Assembly (NCBI RefSeq): GCF_963921235.1
Contig: NC_086118.1
Span: 21,454,001 to 21,518,000, forward strand
Source of the DNA: Mobula hypostoma
Taxonomy: Eukaryota
DNA length: 64,000 bases
Reading direction: 5' to 3'
Below, piece by piece: positions 25,408-37,289 of this stretch. The translations under genes were made by a program, and so were the position numbers. Positions within the stretch are counted from its first letter, which is position 1; every line of letters begins with the position of its first letter. A model generated the notes under the pieces. That model had not been told where the DNA came from, searched no databases, and saw only the letters and a program-made list of their open reading frames with translations.

Positions 25408-26616
25408 CTATAAGGTGTAAACTATAATACCTGTAAAGTGATGTGAGGGGATTTCACTTCCCTTCAACACTGGAGTAAAAGACCAAAGAAAGTGAAAAAG
25501 TTCTGAAATGTGTTCAGAAGAACTACTTTATGAACAAAGGAGCTGCTACTATCTAGTTGAAGCTTTCCCAAAATTTAGGGAATTTTGGGCAATTAAAGCC
25601 GATGTATCAACTCTTTCTCAAATTCCATCAAGATCTGACGCTCTTTGTTAAAATATCTGTGGAAGTTCTTAATATTTGCTTTTATATTTCTTATTTGCTT
25701 ATTGATTACTTTTTCCTTAATTGTTAATCTTATGGCAATTTTTGGATGAGGAGGATGTTGCCATGAATTTACCAGAAGGGGAGATAGGAGAGGAAATGGA
25801 AAGGGTGAAAATTTGATAAGGCCGATGTGCTCAAAAAAATCAGGGTATATTGAAAGACTGATTAATAAAGAATGAAGATCCCGAGCTTTGCAGAGCCAAG
25901 AAATATGAAAGCAGCAAGCTTGCTTTGAACCTTCATAAGCATTCATTAAGCCATGATGAAAACTGGGTAATATTGTGCAGTTGGGTACTATTGTGTGCAA
26001 TTCTGGTCAGCAATAATCTATTAGAATGGGTCAGAGAATGATAGATTTCGGGATACAGGGAAGCTGGGGTTGTTCTTCCTGGAGCAAAGAAGGTTGAGAT
26101 GTAGTTACTAGAGGTGTAGAAGGTCACAAATTTTTCAGACAAACTAAACAAAGTCTCGGTATTCTCATTCTTCTCTTCTTCAGTTGTCCATCGAAATCCA
26201 ATGACGACGTCCACTCCTTTACCAGTTCCCGTTACTGAGTAAGTTAAGGACAAGTACTGTATATGCAGACTTAAATCCATGGAAAAAGGATTCAAAGCGA
26301 TGTGAAGAGAGCCATTATATACAATCTCATTATATCCCATGGTCAGTAAGGGTGATGGAAACAGAATCATTCAGGGCCTTTGGAGGAGAACTGGAGAGAT
26401 CTACAGGAAAAAGGCATGAGAAGGAGACTGACATGGCTACTTAGGCTTCTCCTAGATCGTAAAAATGATAAAATTTTAGGATTTTGTGTTTCTTTGATTC
26501 CATATTTCAGTTTTACACCATAGACTACCGTTATAATTCCACTATAGAAAGACAAGTTTGAACATTTTCTATGTTTATTTTTGATACATGGTAAAGTCAT
26601 AAATTTCTTTGTTGTC

Positions 26617-27520
26617 TCATCATCATCATCATCATCATCATCATCAGGTGCCGTGCCCAGTTTGAGCTTTGACTGCCATGGCCCACACGCTCCTGTTTCG
26701 GGTCAAGTGGATCAATTCATTGGTATTCATTTCCAATTCTCTGACTGCTGTCTCCATCATCCCTTCAATCTTTCCCATAATTACCGTGCATTCTAACTCT
26801 TCTTTCCTAATCACATGTCCAATGAAGTTACTTTGCCTTTCCATGATCTCTTTGCTCTGTTCATGACATCCTCATTAGATATTCGTTTTATCCATGATAT
26901 TCTTTGCATCCTCCTCAAAAACCACATTTCTGCTGCTACAATTCATTTCCTCATGTTATTAGATATTGTCCAACATTCTGAGTCATATACCATAACTGGA
27001 AAAACATAACATTTCAGTACTCTGAGGTGGGTTGTCATGCCTAGTTTAGTATTGGTCAGTATACTCTTCATTCTCATAAAGGTGTCTTTTGCCATCCCTA
27101 TTCTTCTTTTGATGTCCAAGTCGCACCTGCCATCTGATGTCACCCAGCTTCCTAAGTAGCAAAAGTTCCTAACTTGTTTTATATTTTCCCCATTTATTCT
27201 CAGCCTGCAGATAGGATTCTCCTTCTTTTTGGATATCACCATACATTCTGTCTTTTTGCAATTGGTAGATAGACCCATTTTTGCACTTTCTTCAACAACT
27301 ATATCAATTAAGTTTTGTAGTTCTTCCTCCGTACTTGCAATTAACACAGTGTCATCTGCATATCTGAAATTATTGATGTTTTCACCACCAACTTTGATTC
27401 CCAAGATGTCTCTTATTTTTTTGCAACATTGTTTCACTGTACACATTAAATAAATCAGGGGAGAAAACACACCTTTGTCTCACACCTCTCTTGATTTTCG
27501 TAAACTGACTCACTTCTTGT
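26617..27520 (-). mobile_element. RTE/BovB-like LINE 3' fragment
   Basis: INNFRYADDTVLIASTEEELQNL, FCYLGSWVTSDGRC and FIGHVIRKEELE...MGKIEG; (TCA)n tail at 26617-26646. Confidence 0.92.
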
Positions 27521-28140
27521 CTTTGTTGCCTACTAAATTGAAAATACAATTACCATTAAGAAGGTTTTGAGTGACCCCTTCCCTATACATTATGATGGTT
27601 GTTTCCGGGTTCTTATTGGCCTTGAATCAGAGTTGGTGTCTGCCATCCAATTAAGGAGTTTTCAGTTACTACCCTAAGACTAGAATCTGTGGTACAACTA
27701 ACATGCCAATTAGTATGCTTAAATAGAGAGGACATTGTGTATCTACTAATGCATATGTCATAATTCTGAGCTCAACAAGCTTGAACAGAGGATTCATGCT
27801 GACTCTTGCAATCCCTTCAGGTTATGTAACACCTGACCCCACCCCAGAAAATTTAAATAAACAGATGTTAAATCCATTTGTGACCGAAAAGACAAGAAAC
27901 ACTTTGATATCCATAAGCATACAATTTTCAACAAGGCTCCCCCAGCTGTAAGATCTTTCCACACAAAATACTGACATTTGCAGTTGCTTTGTATTTCCAC
28001 AACTTTCCATTTTTATTTTGGTTTTCTTCTATTACTTGCAGTTTTCATTTCAACTCACATAGCCAATGTTCTCCATTTTTAAGCATCATCTTTATTCCCA
28101 AATAATGAACATAAGCAATATAGAACTTAGGGTAAATAAA

Positions 28141-28238
28141 TCCTGATGAAGGGTCTCGGCCCGAAACATCAACTGTACCTCTTCCTATAGATGCTGCCTG
28201 GCCTGCTGCGTTCCACCAGCATCTTTTGTGTATGTTGC
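28141..28238 (+). mobile_element. Penelope-like terminal fragment with intact hammerhead core and TSD
   Basis: CTGATGA (28143-28149) - a - gggtctcggccc - GAAA (28163-28166). Direct repeat GTAAATAAATCCTG at 28132-28145 and 28239-28252. Confidence 0.82.
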
Positions 28239-29291
28239 GTAAATAAATCCTGGAATGTTTGTGAGACCACTTCTTACATGATCAGCCAAGACAATGGCCC
28301 CATGTTGTTCAAGATTTATGATGTCTAAATCCAAGAATGTTGGAGAATGGAAAACTTGTTAAAAACAAAGTTGTCATCTTACACAACAGCTACTTTCTCC
28401 ATATTAGTAAGCATTCCATCTCCCCACAGAGGAAAACAAATCATTTAAGATCACAAAATTGAGTGGAGCAATGACAAAGATATTAGACTAGTTCTTCATG
28501 AAAGAGCTTATGTCTGTTGTAGGTAAACACCTCAATCATGATTCCAGCCTGCTTCTTCCTCATGCTTGGGGTCTGTTTTCAATGGTCAAATGCTAAAACT
28601 GTGATTTTATCATCAACACACCAGCAAGCAAAACTGTCTATTATATTTAAACTTCCGCTAAAGCCAATGCACAGAATAAATATACCTGGCTTGGTTGTCC
28701 AAGATCAGCCCAAGAGAATATTTTAAAGACACATGAAAATGCAAACATGCAGTGCAAAATCAGGATTGCTTCACTTCCAAAGGATAGGTTTTACATCAAA
28801 TTCTTTTAGCTGGAAGCAGTTCACATAGTAAATAAAATTAGATGGAGAACGAACATAATCAATTAATCAGACTGATGGATATTAACATAATACATATTGT
28901 AACGACATAATACCTGACAAAATAAGATTTATAATTGTGAAGTTTAAAGAAGGTTCATGAATAAGAATTTGTCAAGAACAATTTATTTGGGATATAAAAA
29001 ATATTGATCCCTGTTCTGTTTTAATGAACCTTTCACATATGGTTGATAAATCTGGTGCTCCTCAGCAATGTTTACCTTCCTTATATTCCATAAGCATACA
29101 AGTTTTGAAAGACAGATTTGACTATGTTATACAGGGTATATTGCCATAGATTTTCCTCCTGTCAGGAGCATTGAAGTCTAACCATTATGTATTTCTGCTC
29201 TCTCTGAATCAACAATGGAGGCCAAAAATGATGAATATAGTTTATTAATAAAACAAAATTGTATAAGATAGAGGAATAAATGAACAGTTCT

Positions 29292-30090
29292 AAAATGGCG
29301 CATAATGGCAACTCAATGGCGCCTAACGGTGACTCTTTTGCATGCATCTTCGGAAACAGCTCTATTTCCACTTTAATATCTTATTTTTCCCTTTCAGGGT
29401 TCTTTTGAAGACCCTGACTTGGAGTTACACGCAAGCTTCGCTTCTATGCGGGAATGGGACCCGTTCTTGGGTTTCCACAACTGGCCGTTATTCGACATGC
29501 CAAGGGTTTGGCCTGAGAGTCTTGATCGTGTTCAGAAGCCTAAGACCTCAGGGCTCTGGAGACGGGCAGACTGAGGGTCAGTGTCACGGCAGGAGACTTG
29601 TACGTTGTCGGGGAGGCTGGAAAATCTTTCGCTGTGGGCCCGTAGATCCGCGGTCTTTGCGATCTTCAGACACAGAGCTCGAAAAAAGCGATAAAACAGA
29701 CTTTTAACATCATAAACCAGCGGGTTGTTGTTATGTCTCCAGCTTGCTGTGAAAATGGGGGACACCTCCCTCTCCTTTGCTAGGGAGAGAGAGCCTGTGG
29801 TTTGTCAAATGTCAGATGAAATGTGAAGCCTTTGGGGTAACTTTGGTCTGTGCTTAGCACACGCTTGGGCTCAGTGATGGTACCTATATGTTTTTTTTGC
29901 TGGTAGTGGGGAGGGGGGATCGTTGCTTGCTGCTGCTTATGTGCAGGAGGGGGAAAGCGGGGGGGACTTTGGGGTTCTCACGTTTAACTGTCGTTCATTC
30001 TTTGGGGCACATGGATATTTTGTGAAGAAAAAGCATTTCAGGGTGTATATTGTATACATTTCTCTGACATTAAATTCGACCTTTGAATCT
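29292..30090 (+). mobile_element. Non-autonomous retroelement with YY1-like 5' end
   Basis: CpG-retaining block beginning aaaatggcgc/caatggcgcc and ending ttcagggtgtatattgtatacatttctctgacattaaa...tttgaa. No ORF. Confidence 0.55.
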
Positions 30091-30419
30091 TCAGACCTTA
30101 GAACCTTTTTTAGCCACTAAAGCTTTCAGAGCAAAATCAAAATATCTTTTTAATCTTTTTTAAAACACAAAGATACCATTCGTGTATGACAGTCAACAAA
30201 ACAACATGAATTTGAACAAGGAACTAGTGAATATCTGTCGTTATTTATTGGTATAGGGCGCCATGGTGCCATGGTGTTATAACCATGTTGAATGGCATTA
30301 GCTCTCTCTGTCTGTGAATATCGTAGTGCCCGTAAATAATCTTTTTGGACTTTGCACTTCTGTTGAAATTGATATTTTGGTAATTGTTTTAAATAAGAGT
30401 AAACTGCGGAAGTTCTAAG

Positions 30420-30492
30420 CCACACACATAAAATATGCTGGTGAACGCAGCAGGCCAGGAAGCATCTATAGGAAGAGGTACAGTCGATGTTT
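30420..30492 (-). mobile_element. Penelope-like terminal fragment
   Basis: atgctggtgaacgcagcaggccaggaagcatctataggaagaggtacagtcgatgttt. Confidence 0.75.
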
Positions 30493-30859
30493 TAACACCT
30501 CTAACACCTCTTTTTAAATATAAAGTTCTAATGTGGTGGATATTTGCATCCTGGGCCAGGGGCCTCATGTTTGCCAAGTTTGGCTTTCTAAACAGGGCAG
30601 CTCCCACTCAATTCTGGAACCTTGATTACCAATTAGAGGGACCATCCTGAAGCCTTAAAGGGGCTGTGTTAGCTATCCGTACTCCAGGAAATTTGAGTAT
30701 CTAAATCCTGGAAGTTGGTGCTGATTGGGCCATCTTGTAACAAAACTGGTCTTTGAAGATTGGGTAATTACAGTATAACATATAACATCTCTTTGGTGAG
30801 AGTACTCCTTGGTGTTTATATTTGATAGGGCCTAATGTCTTCTTTTGAGTTTAGAATTA

Positions 30860-31150
30860 TTTATTTATTGAGGAAGCGTGTGGAGTAAGCTCTTCCAGCT
30901 CTTCGAACTGCGCCTCACAGCAGAGCATCAATTTAACGCTAGCCTAATCACAGGACAATTTCCAATGACCAATTCATTTACCAATCGGTATGTCTTTGGA
31001 CTGTGGGAGGAAACTGGAGTACCTGGAGGAAACCCTTACAGTCACAGGGAGACGGTATAAACTCCTTGCAGGCAGGGTTGGGAATTGAACCCGGGTCACC
31101 TGTACTGTGAAGCGTTGTGCCAACCTCCACGCTACTGTGTCTCCCAGCAA
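30860..31150 (-). mobile_element. HE1-like V-SINE
   Basis: Reverse strand has an A box, B box gggttcaattccc, V-domain gggtttcctccaggtactccagtttcctcccacagtccaaagac and an (aaat)n tail. Confidence 0.8.
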
Positions 31151-32005
31151 ACCCAATACAATTACAATGTTCTGCTGCGCAGGATGCTCCTGGATAGCCT
31201 GTGCAACACAACAGTGGCCTCCACATTGCATACTACATAAGGGCAGCTGCTGGCAGGAACAGACTTAACATGTGTAATGTTTTAAATTTGATAAAGAAAT
31301 GCGTGGAATGTTGGTACCTGTGAGTTACCTTCACTTCATCTACATGCTGTTTCTATTTCAGTTTGCTTTCTTCCAGATGAAGTTCACCAAAACTATCAGG
31401 GAGAACCGAAACTACTGGTCTAACTGTTTTTTTGTACACTATATGATTTAATGAATTTAGTAACACAAGAAAATTATATTTATATATTGGGCTGCTATTT
31501 CCATCCAGGGTCTCCCCAGGTTGCAAAAAGATTCAGAAACTTGGGGTTGAACTGAGTTCATCAAAGGCAGAAGGTGCCTGTAGCCCCACAGTAGCTGACA
31601 AATCCATCTCACTGATCTCCTGAAAGCTGGTTGTATGTATGGGCTGTCCATATATAGGCTGCAGAAGTTGTGTAATCAATTGAAAATACCTTGGGCAACA
31701 CAGGTTATGCTCCAGTTAGATAAGACTGTATCATAGAAAAATGGACTCCAATGACTACCTGAAATTAAAAGAACTGATAAACCATCAACTTCCATATGAA
31801 GTCTGAGACCTGAGATATCAAGATTCTCAGTAGTGACAGTCTTGAACTTCACCAGCCCAGAAACCAAGACATAATTGCTGAGTGAGACATGCTGAACTGG
31901 AAATGACCAACACAAAGAGCTGCTCTTTTGGGAAGGTAAACTGGAAGTGATTCGCCATCTTCATTTGCCATCAAGGATGAGCCAGTTGGCATTTCAACTA
32001 CCTTG

Positions 32006-32422
32006 TGTCACGGTCCTGACTGTTAATTCCCCATTTTCTCCTAATTCCCTTTGATGGTGACACACCTGGTTCTCATCAAGACCTGCAGCATAAAAACCCC
32101 GGCTTTGCATCCACTCTTTGCCAGATCATTGTTTTAGCCAGTGTGGTGATTAACGTTCCCGGCCACTTAGGATTGTGTATTCTAAGTTTTACTTCAGTAT
32201 TGAGGTTTACCTGTGTAACTCCATCTCTCTGTGTCAAGAAAAATATTTTCTACTGCTTGCCTTTCTATGCTCCGTGTCAAGATAAGTTCTACCTGCCTCC
32301 TGCTTACCTGTTCACCCTCCTGTTTGCCGTTCAGCTCCAGCCACTCTCACAACCTCGTCTGCATCCTAACTCAATTTCCGTGCCAGTGTCCTGCGTTTGG
32401 GTTCGCCCCGTTCCTTGCAACA
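32006..32422 (+). repeat. 5' LTR of the Sushi-type element
   Basis: Colinear with 35732-36146; TATA-like cataaaaa at 32089-32096. Confidence 0.93.
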
Positions 32423-34349
32423 GAACGATCTGGCCACCATGGACCCAGCCGACATAAATATCCTTTAACAAGCCCTCGCCAGCCAGGGTTCCCTACTGGG
32501 ACAGCATGACCAACTCCTCCTGGAGGTCATGGAGAACCTCCGTTCCCTGTCTGCTCACATCACGCAGATCGGTAACCAGGTGGACCGTGTCTCCATTCAT
32601 TTCACTCAAACCACTCCTGGAACCCTGTCTAACCAGCCCAGACAGCCTGTAGCGGCAACCCCCCACGTGTCATCAAAACCCCTGCCCAAAGAGCCTCACG
32701 TACCAGAGCCGGAGCACTACGCTAGAGATTTGGGGAAGTGCCGGGCCTTCCTCCTTCAGTGCTCCCTGGTGTTTGAACAGCAGTCGCTAACTTATTTCAT
32801 GGATAAGTCAAAGATTGCTTATATCATGGAGTTGTTATGGGGAAGTGCATTAGCGTGGGCCACAGCAGTTTGGGATAACCAACCGGCTCCTCTTTCACCA
32901 CTTTTATCGCGGAAGTGAGAAAGATCTTTGACCACCCTGTCTGTGGTAAAGACACCGTCAAGCGTCTACTCTCACTCTCCACTGGGGCTCACGCAGTGTT
33001 GCTGAATATTCCGTGGAGTTCTGGACGTTAGCGGCCGACTCGGGGTGGAACGATGAAGCACTCCAGGGGGTTTTTTGGAATAGGCGAAAGACGAGTTAGC
33101 AGCAAGAGATGACACCGACAGCCCGGATTCCCTGATCTCTCCAGCCATCAGGTTGGACAATCGCCTCCGCGAACGCCGTCGAGAAAGAACTGGTCGTCCA
33201 CCACCTCTGGCCACTCCACGACACTCATTACCGCCTCCCGCCAGAACAAGCCTCTCTCCTCCTCCTGCTCCCAGCCCGGCCGTTTCCACCGCCCCGTACA
33301 GCTGGGACGGAACCACCTTTCTCCCGCTGAACGACTCTGGAGATTGAGAGCAGTGAGTGTCTATGTTGCGGCCAGTCCGGCCACTTCCTTGCTACCTGTC
33401 CCCTTCGGCCAAAAGGGAGGGCTCACTAGTAGCAGGGAGGACCCTGGTGAGCCAGACAACGTTCCTTTCTGTTCCCCGACCTCGGATGCAGCTTCAAGCC
33501 ACTTAGTGTTACAACCAACAGTCCCTGCCTCTGTTGGCACTAGTGGACTCCGGCACAGAAAGAAACTTTTTGGATGAAAACTTAGCCTTCCAAGTCAGAA
33601 TTCCTCGTGAGCCATTGTGTACCCCCCGGAAGCCCGGGCACTGGAGGGTAGTCTTCTGGCCCGAGTCACACACTGCACTCTCCTTCTCTCCGGAAACCAT
33701 CGGGAAAAGGTACAATTCAGTTTAATTTCCTCCCCTCAAGCCCCTATGGTTCTTGGTTATCCCTGGTTAAGCCGTCGTAACCCCCACATCGACTGGCCCA
33801 CCGGGAAGATAGTCAGCTGGAGTTCATTCTGCCATTCCACTTGTCTACAATCAGCAGCCCTTTCCCCAATGGAGGTCACTGCGACCTCGTCCGCCTCTGA
33901 GCCCCCTGACCTGTCCAAGGTTCCTGTAGAGTATCACGATCTGGGAGAAGTGTTCAGCAAGCAATGGGCACTTCCTCTGCCTCCACATCGCGTTTACGAT
34001 TGCGCTATTGACCTTCTCCCCAGAGCCTCTCTATCCACTAGTCGGCTCTACAACCTGTCCCGACCAGAAAGAGAAGCAATGGAGGCTTACGTAAATGACC
34101 CTCGCGGCTGGCATTATCCGACCCTCATCTTCTCCTGTAGGTGCAGGGTTCTTCTTTGTGGGGAAGAAAGACGGCTCACTGCGCCCCTGCATTGACTACC
34201 ATGTCCTGAACAATATCACCATAAAGAATGAGTATCCACTGCCCCTTATCAATTCAGCATTCGAGCCCCTTCACGGAGCCACCATTTTCTCTAAGTTGGA
34301 CCTGCGGAGTGCCTATCACCTGGTCAGGATAAGGGAGGGGGATGAATAG

Positions 34350-34623
<274 letters not shown>

Positions 34624-35731
34624 TACTTCGTCCCCTACCTGTCCCTGGCCGCCCTTGGTCCCACATTGCTCTGGATTTTGTCACTGGACTGCCTCCTTCA
34701 CATGGTAACACAGCTGTACTCACCGTTGTGGACCGTTTCTCCAAAGCCGTGGACTTCATAGCCTTTCCCAAACTCCCTACAGCCTGTGAAACAGCCGACC
34801 TCCTTGTCCAACATGTCTTCCACCTTCATGGAACTCTCTCTGACATTGTTTCAGACTGGGGCCCCCAATTCATCTCTCAAGTCAGGAAATTCTTCTGTCA
34901 CACCCTCGGAACTTCAGCAAGTCTGTCTTCCGGTTTCCATTCACAGACTAATGGTCAAATGGAGTGAGCAAATCAGGATTTGGAAGCAGCAGTGCACTGC
35001 ATTTCCACCAGTAACCCGTCATCCTGGAGCACCCCTCTCACTTGGGTGGAGTGCGCCCACAACTCCCTGGTCAGCACCATCACCGGAATGTCTCCTTTCG
35101 AATGCTCCCTAGGTTATCAATCCCCTCTGTTTCCTGCCCAGGAAGATGACATCGCAGTGCCTTCAGTTCAGGCCCATCTCCGCCGGTGCCGCAAGGTCTA
35201 GAAGGATGCACGCTCAGCCCTGCTCCGCTCCGCCGATCGCCACCGAACTCCAGTGCCCAACCATTGACCTGGTCAGAAGGTTTGGCTCTCTTCAAGAGAC
35301 ATCTCCCTCAAGAATGAATCCAAGAGACTCACCCCTTGGTACATTGGACCATTCAAAATCCAGAGCCTCATCAACCCCTCGGTGGTCAAACTCAAACTGC
35401 CCAGATTTATGCACATTCATCCCACGTTCCATGTCTCTCAACTGAAACCCATGTCTGTCAGCCCTTTGTGCTCTCCTGCTGAACCTCCTCCACCCGCCCG
35501 TATCATCGATGATTGCCCAGCTTACACCGTCCGGCGAATACTGGATGTGCGCCGCCGAGGCAGGGGTCTCCAGTACCTGGTCGATTTGGGAGGGATACGG
35601 TCCTGAGGAGCGCACCTGGATCCCCTGCTCCTTCATCTTAGACCCTTCCCTCATCCAAGATTTCCATCGCGACCATCCGGACAAGCCTGGTGGTTCGCCT
35701 GGAGGCTCCCGTTGGGGAGGGGGGGTGGTAT

Positions 35732-36146
35732 TGTCACGGTCCCGACTGTTAATTCCCCATTTTCTCCTAATTCTCTTTGATGGCGGCACACCTGATTCTC
35801 ATCAAGACCTGCAGCATAAAAACCCTGGTTTTGCATCCACTCATTGCCACATCGTTTTTTTAGCCAGTGTGGTGATTAACATTCCCAGCTGCTTAGGATT
35901 GTGTATTCTAAGTTTTACTTCAGTACCGAGGTTTACCTATGTAACTGTTTCTCTGTGTCAAGATAAGTATTGTCTACCGCTTGCCTTTCTACGCTTCGTG
36001 TCAAGATAAGTTCTGCCTGTCTCCTGCTTACCTGTTCACCCTCCTGTTTGCTATTCAGCTCCAGCCACTCTCACACCCTCGTCTGCATCCTAACTCAATC
36101 TCCGAGCCAGTGTCCTGCATTTGGGTTCGCCCCGTTTCTTGCAACA
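35732..36146 (+). repeat. 3' LTR of the Sushi-type element
   Basis: Follows the G-rich PPT and is colinear with the 5' LTR. Confidence 0.93.
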
Positions 36147-36214
36147 CTTTGCTTGTGCAATGCGAGTATTATTTCATCTCACGGGAACACAGAATCAACA
36201 TAACTTGCTGATTA

Positions 36215-37220
36215 AAGTTTCAAAGGTTCATTTTATTATCAGAGTATGCATGCAGAAAACAACTCTGAGATTTGTCTTCTCCAGATAGCCATAAAATACA
36301 GAAATCCATAGAAGTAGTTGAAAGAAAGACATCAATTCCCCCCCTCCACCCTCTAGTTATAATCCCCTCCCCCACATGAAAAGAAAAAGAAGCAAAAACT
36401 CCCAAGCCCCACCAACTCTTCCCCCACACAAAAACTAACATGGAGAAAGAAGAGCAAGAACATCAAGACCCCAAGCTCCCAGCCAACTAACATGCAACAA
36501 GAAAGATTGGGCCAGAACATGAAAAAATATAGATCTGAAAGAGGCCAAAGTGAACTACAGTCCAATGCATAAATCTCAGAATTTTGATAACTTCTCCAAG
36601 AACATTGAGACCCAGCAGCCTCTCTGAGGGCAGCAACATGAACCAGTGACCCCTTCAAGGATAGCGACTCCAACCAACAGCCCCTCCGAGGGCAGCGACT
36701 CAAACCAATGGCCCCTCCGAGGGCAGCTACTCAAACCAACGGCCCCTCCGAGTGTGGCGACTCAAACTAACGGCCCCTCCGAGGACAGCGACTCAATTCA
36801 GCGGCCTGTCTGAGGAAAATGACATGAAATGGCGACCCCTCCAAGGGCAGCAACACGAACCACCTTTGAGGGGCAGCAACCGAACCCAGTATCCTCGCTC
36901 TCCTTCACATTTGCCTCAATGTTTCAATCGTCCTTGATGCTTTAATCAGCAAGAAAAGTAGTCGATCATGGTCCCTGGTCTCACCTCTGAGCTTCTCCTC
37001 ATGGTGGCTCGTGCTCGCATTTCTCTCCTGAAGTTCTATTGAGGGCAGCAGAGCACTAGCTCATTGAATCGAACTACAGATTGTAAGTCACAGGCTCCAA
37101 CAGTTTCAAAAACAAGATTAAGATAAAAGGAATAAGTAAAAGATGTAAGAAAAACTGAAATGATTGACTACCTGGAAGATGTTGCCCGAGGAATCGTTGT
37201 TCGCTGGTGCCATCTTGACT
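36215..37220 (-). mobile_element. Non-autonomous retroelement containing a 31-bp tandem array (36611-36879)
   Basis: Minus strand starts agtcaagatggcacc and ends ctctgataataaaatgaacctttgaa. cccctccgag recurs at 36681, 36712, 36743 and 36774. Confidence 0.65.
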
Positions 37221-37289
37221 AGAACAGGTCAGTGTAGACACCTCACCCCTGGAAATTACCTCAGAGGCCAAGAAAAATTTGTATTCCAG

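Noticed and set aside
36611..36879. 31-bp periodic array as CRISPR or a coding repeat
   Set aside because: The units are contiguous with no unique spacers, and the period is not a multiple of 3. It is a minisatellite inside a repeat element.
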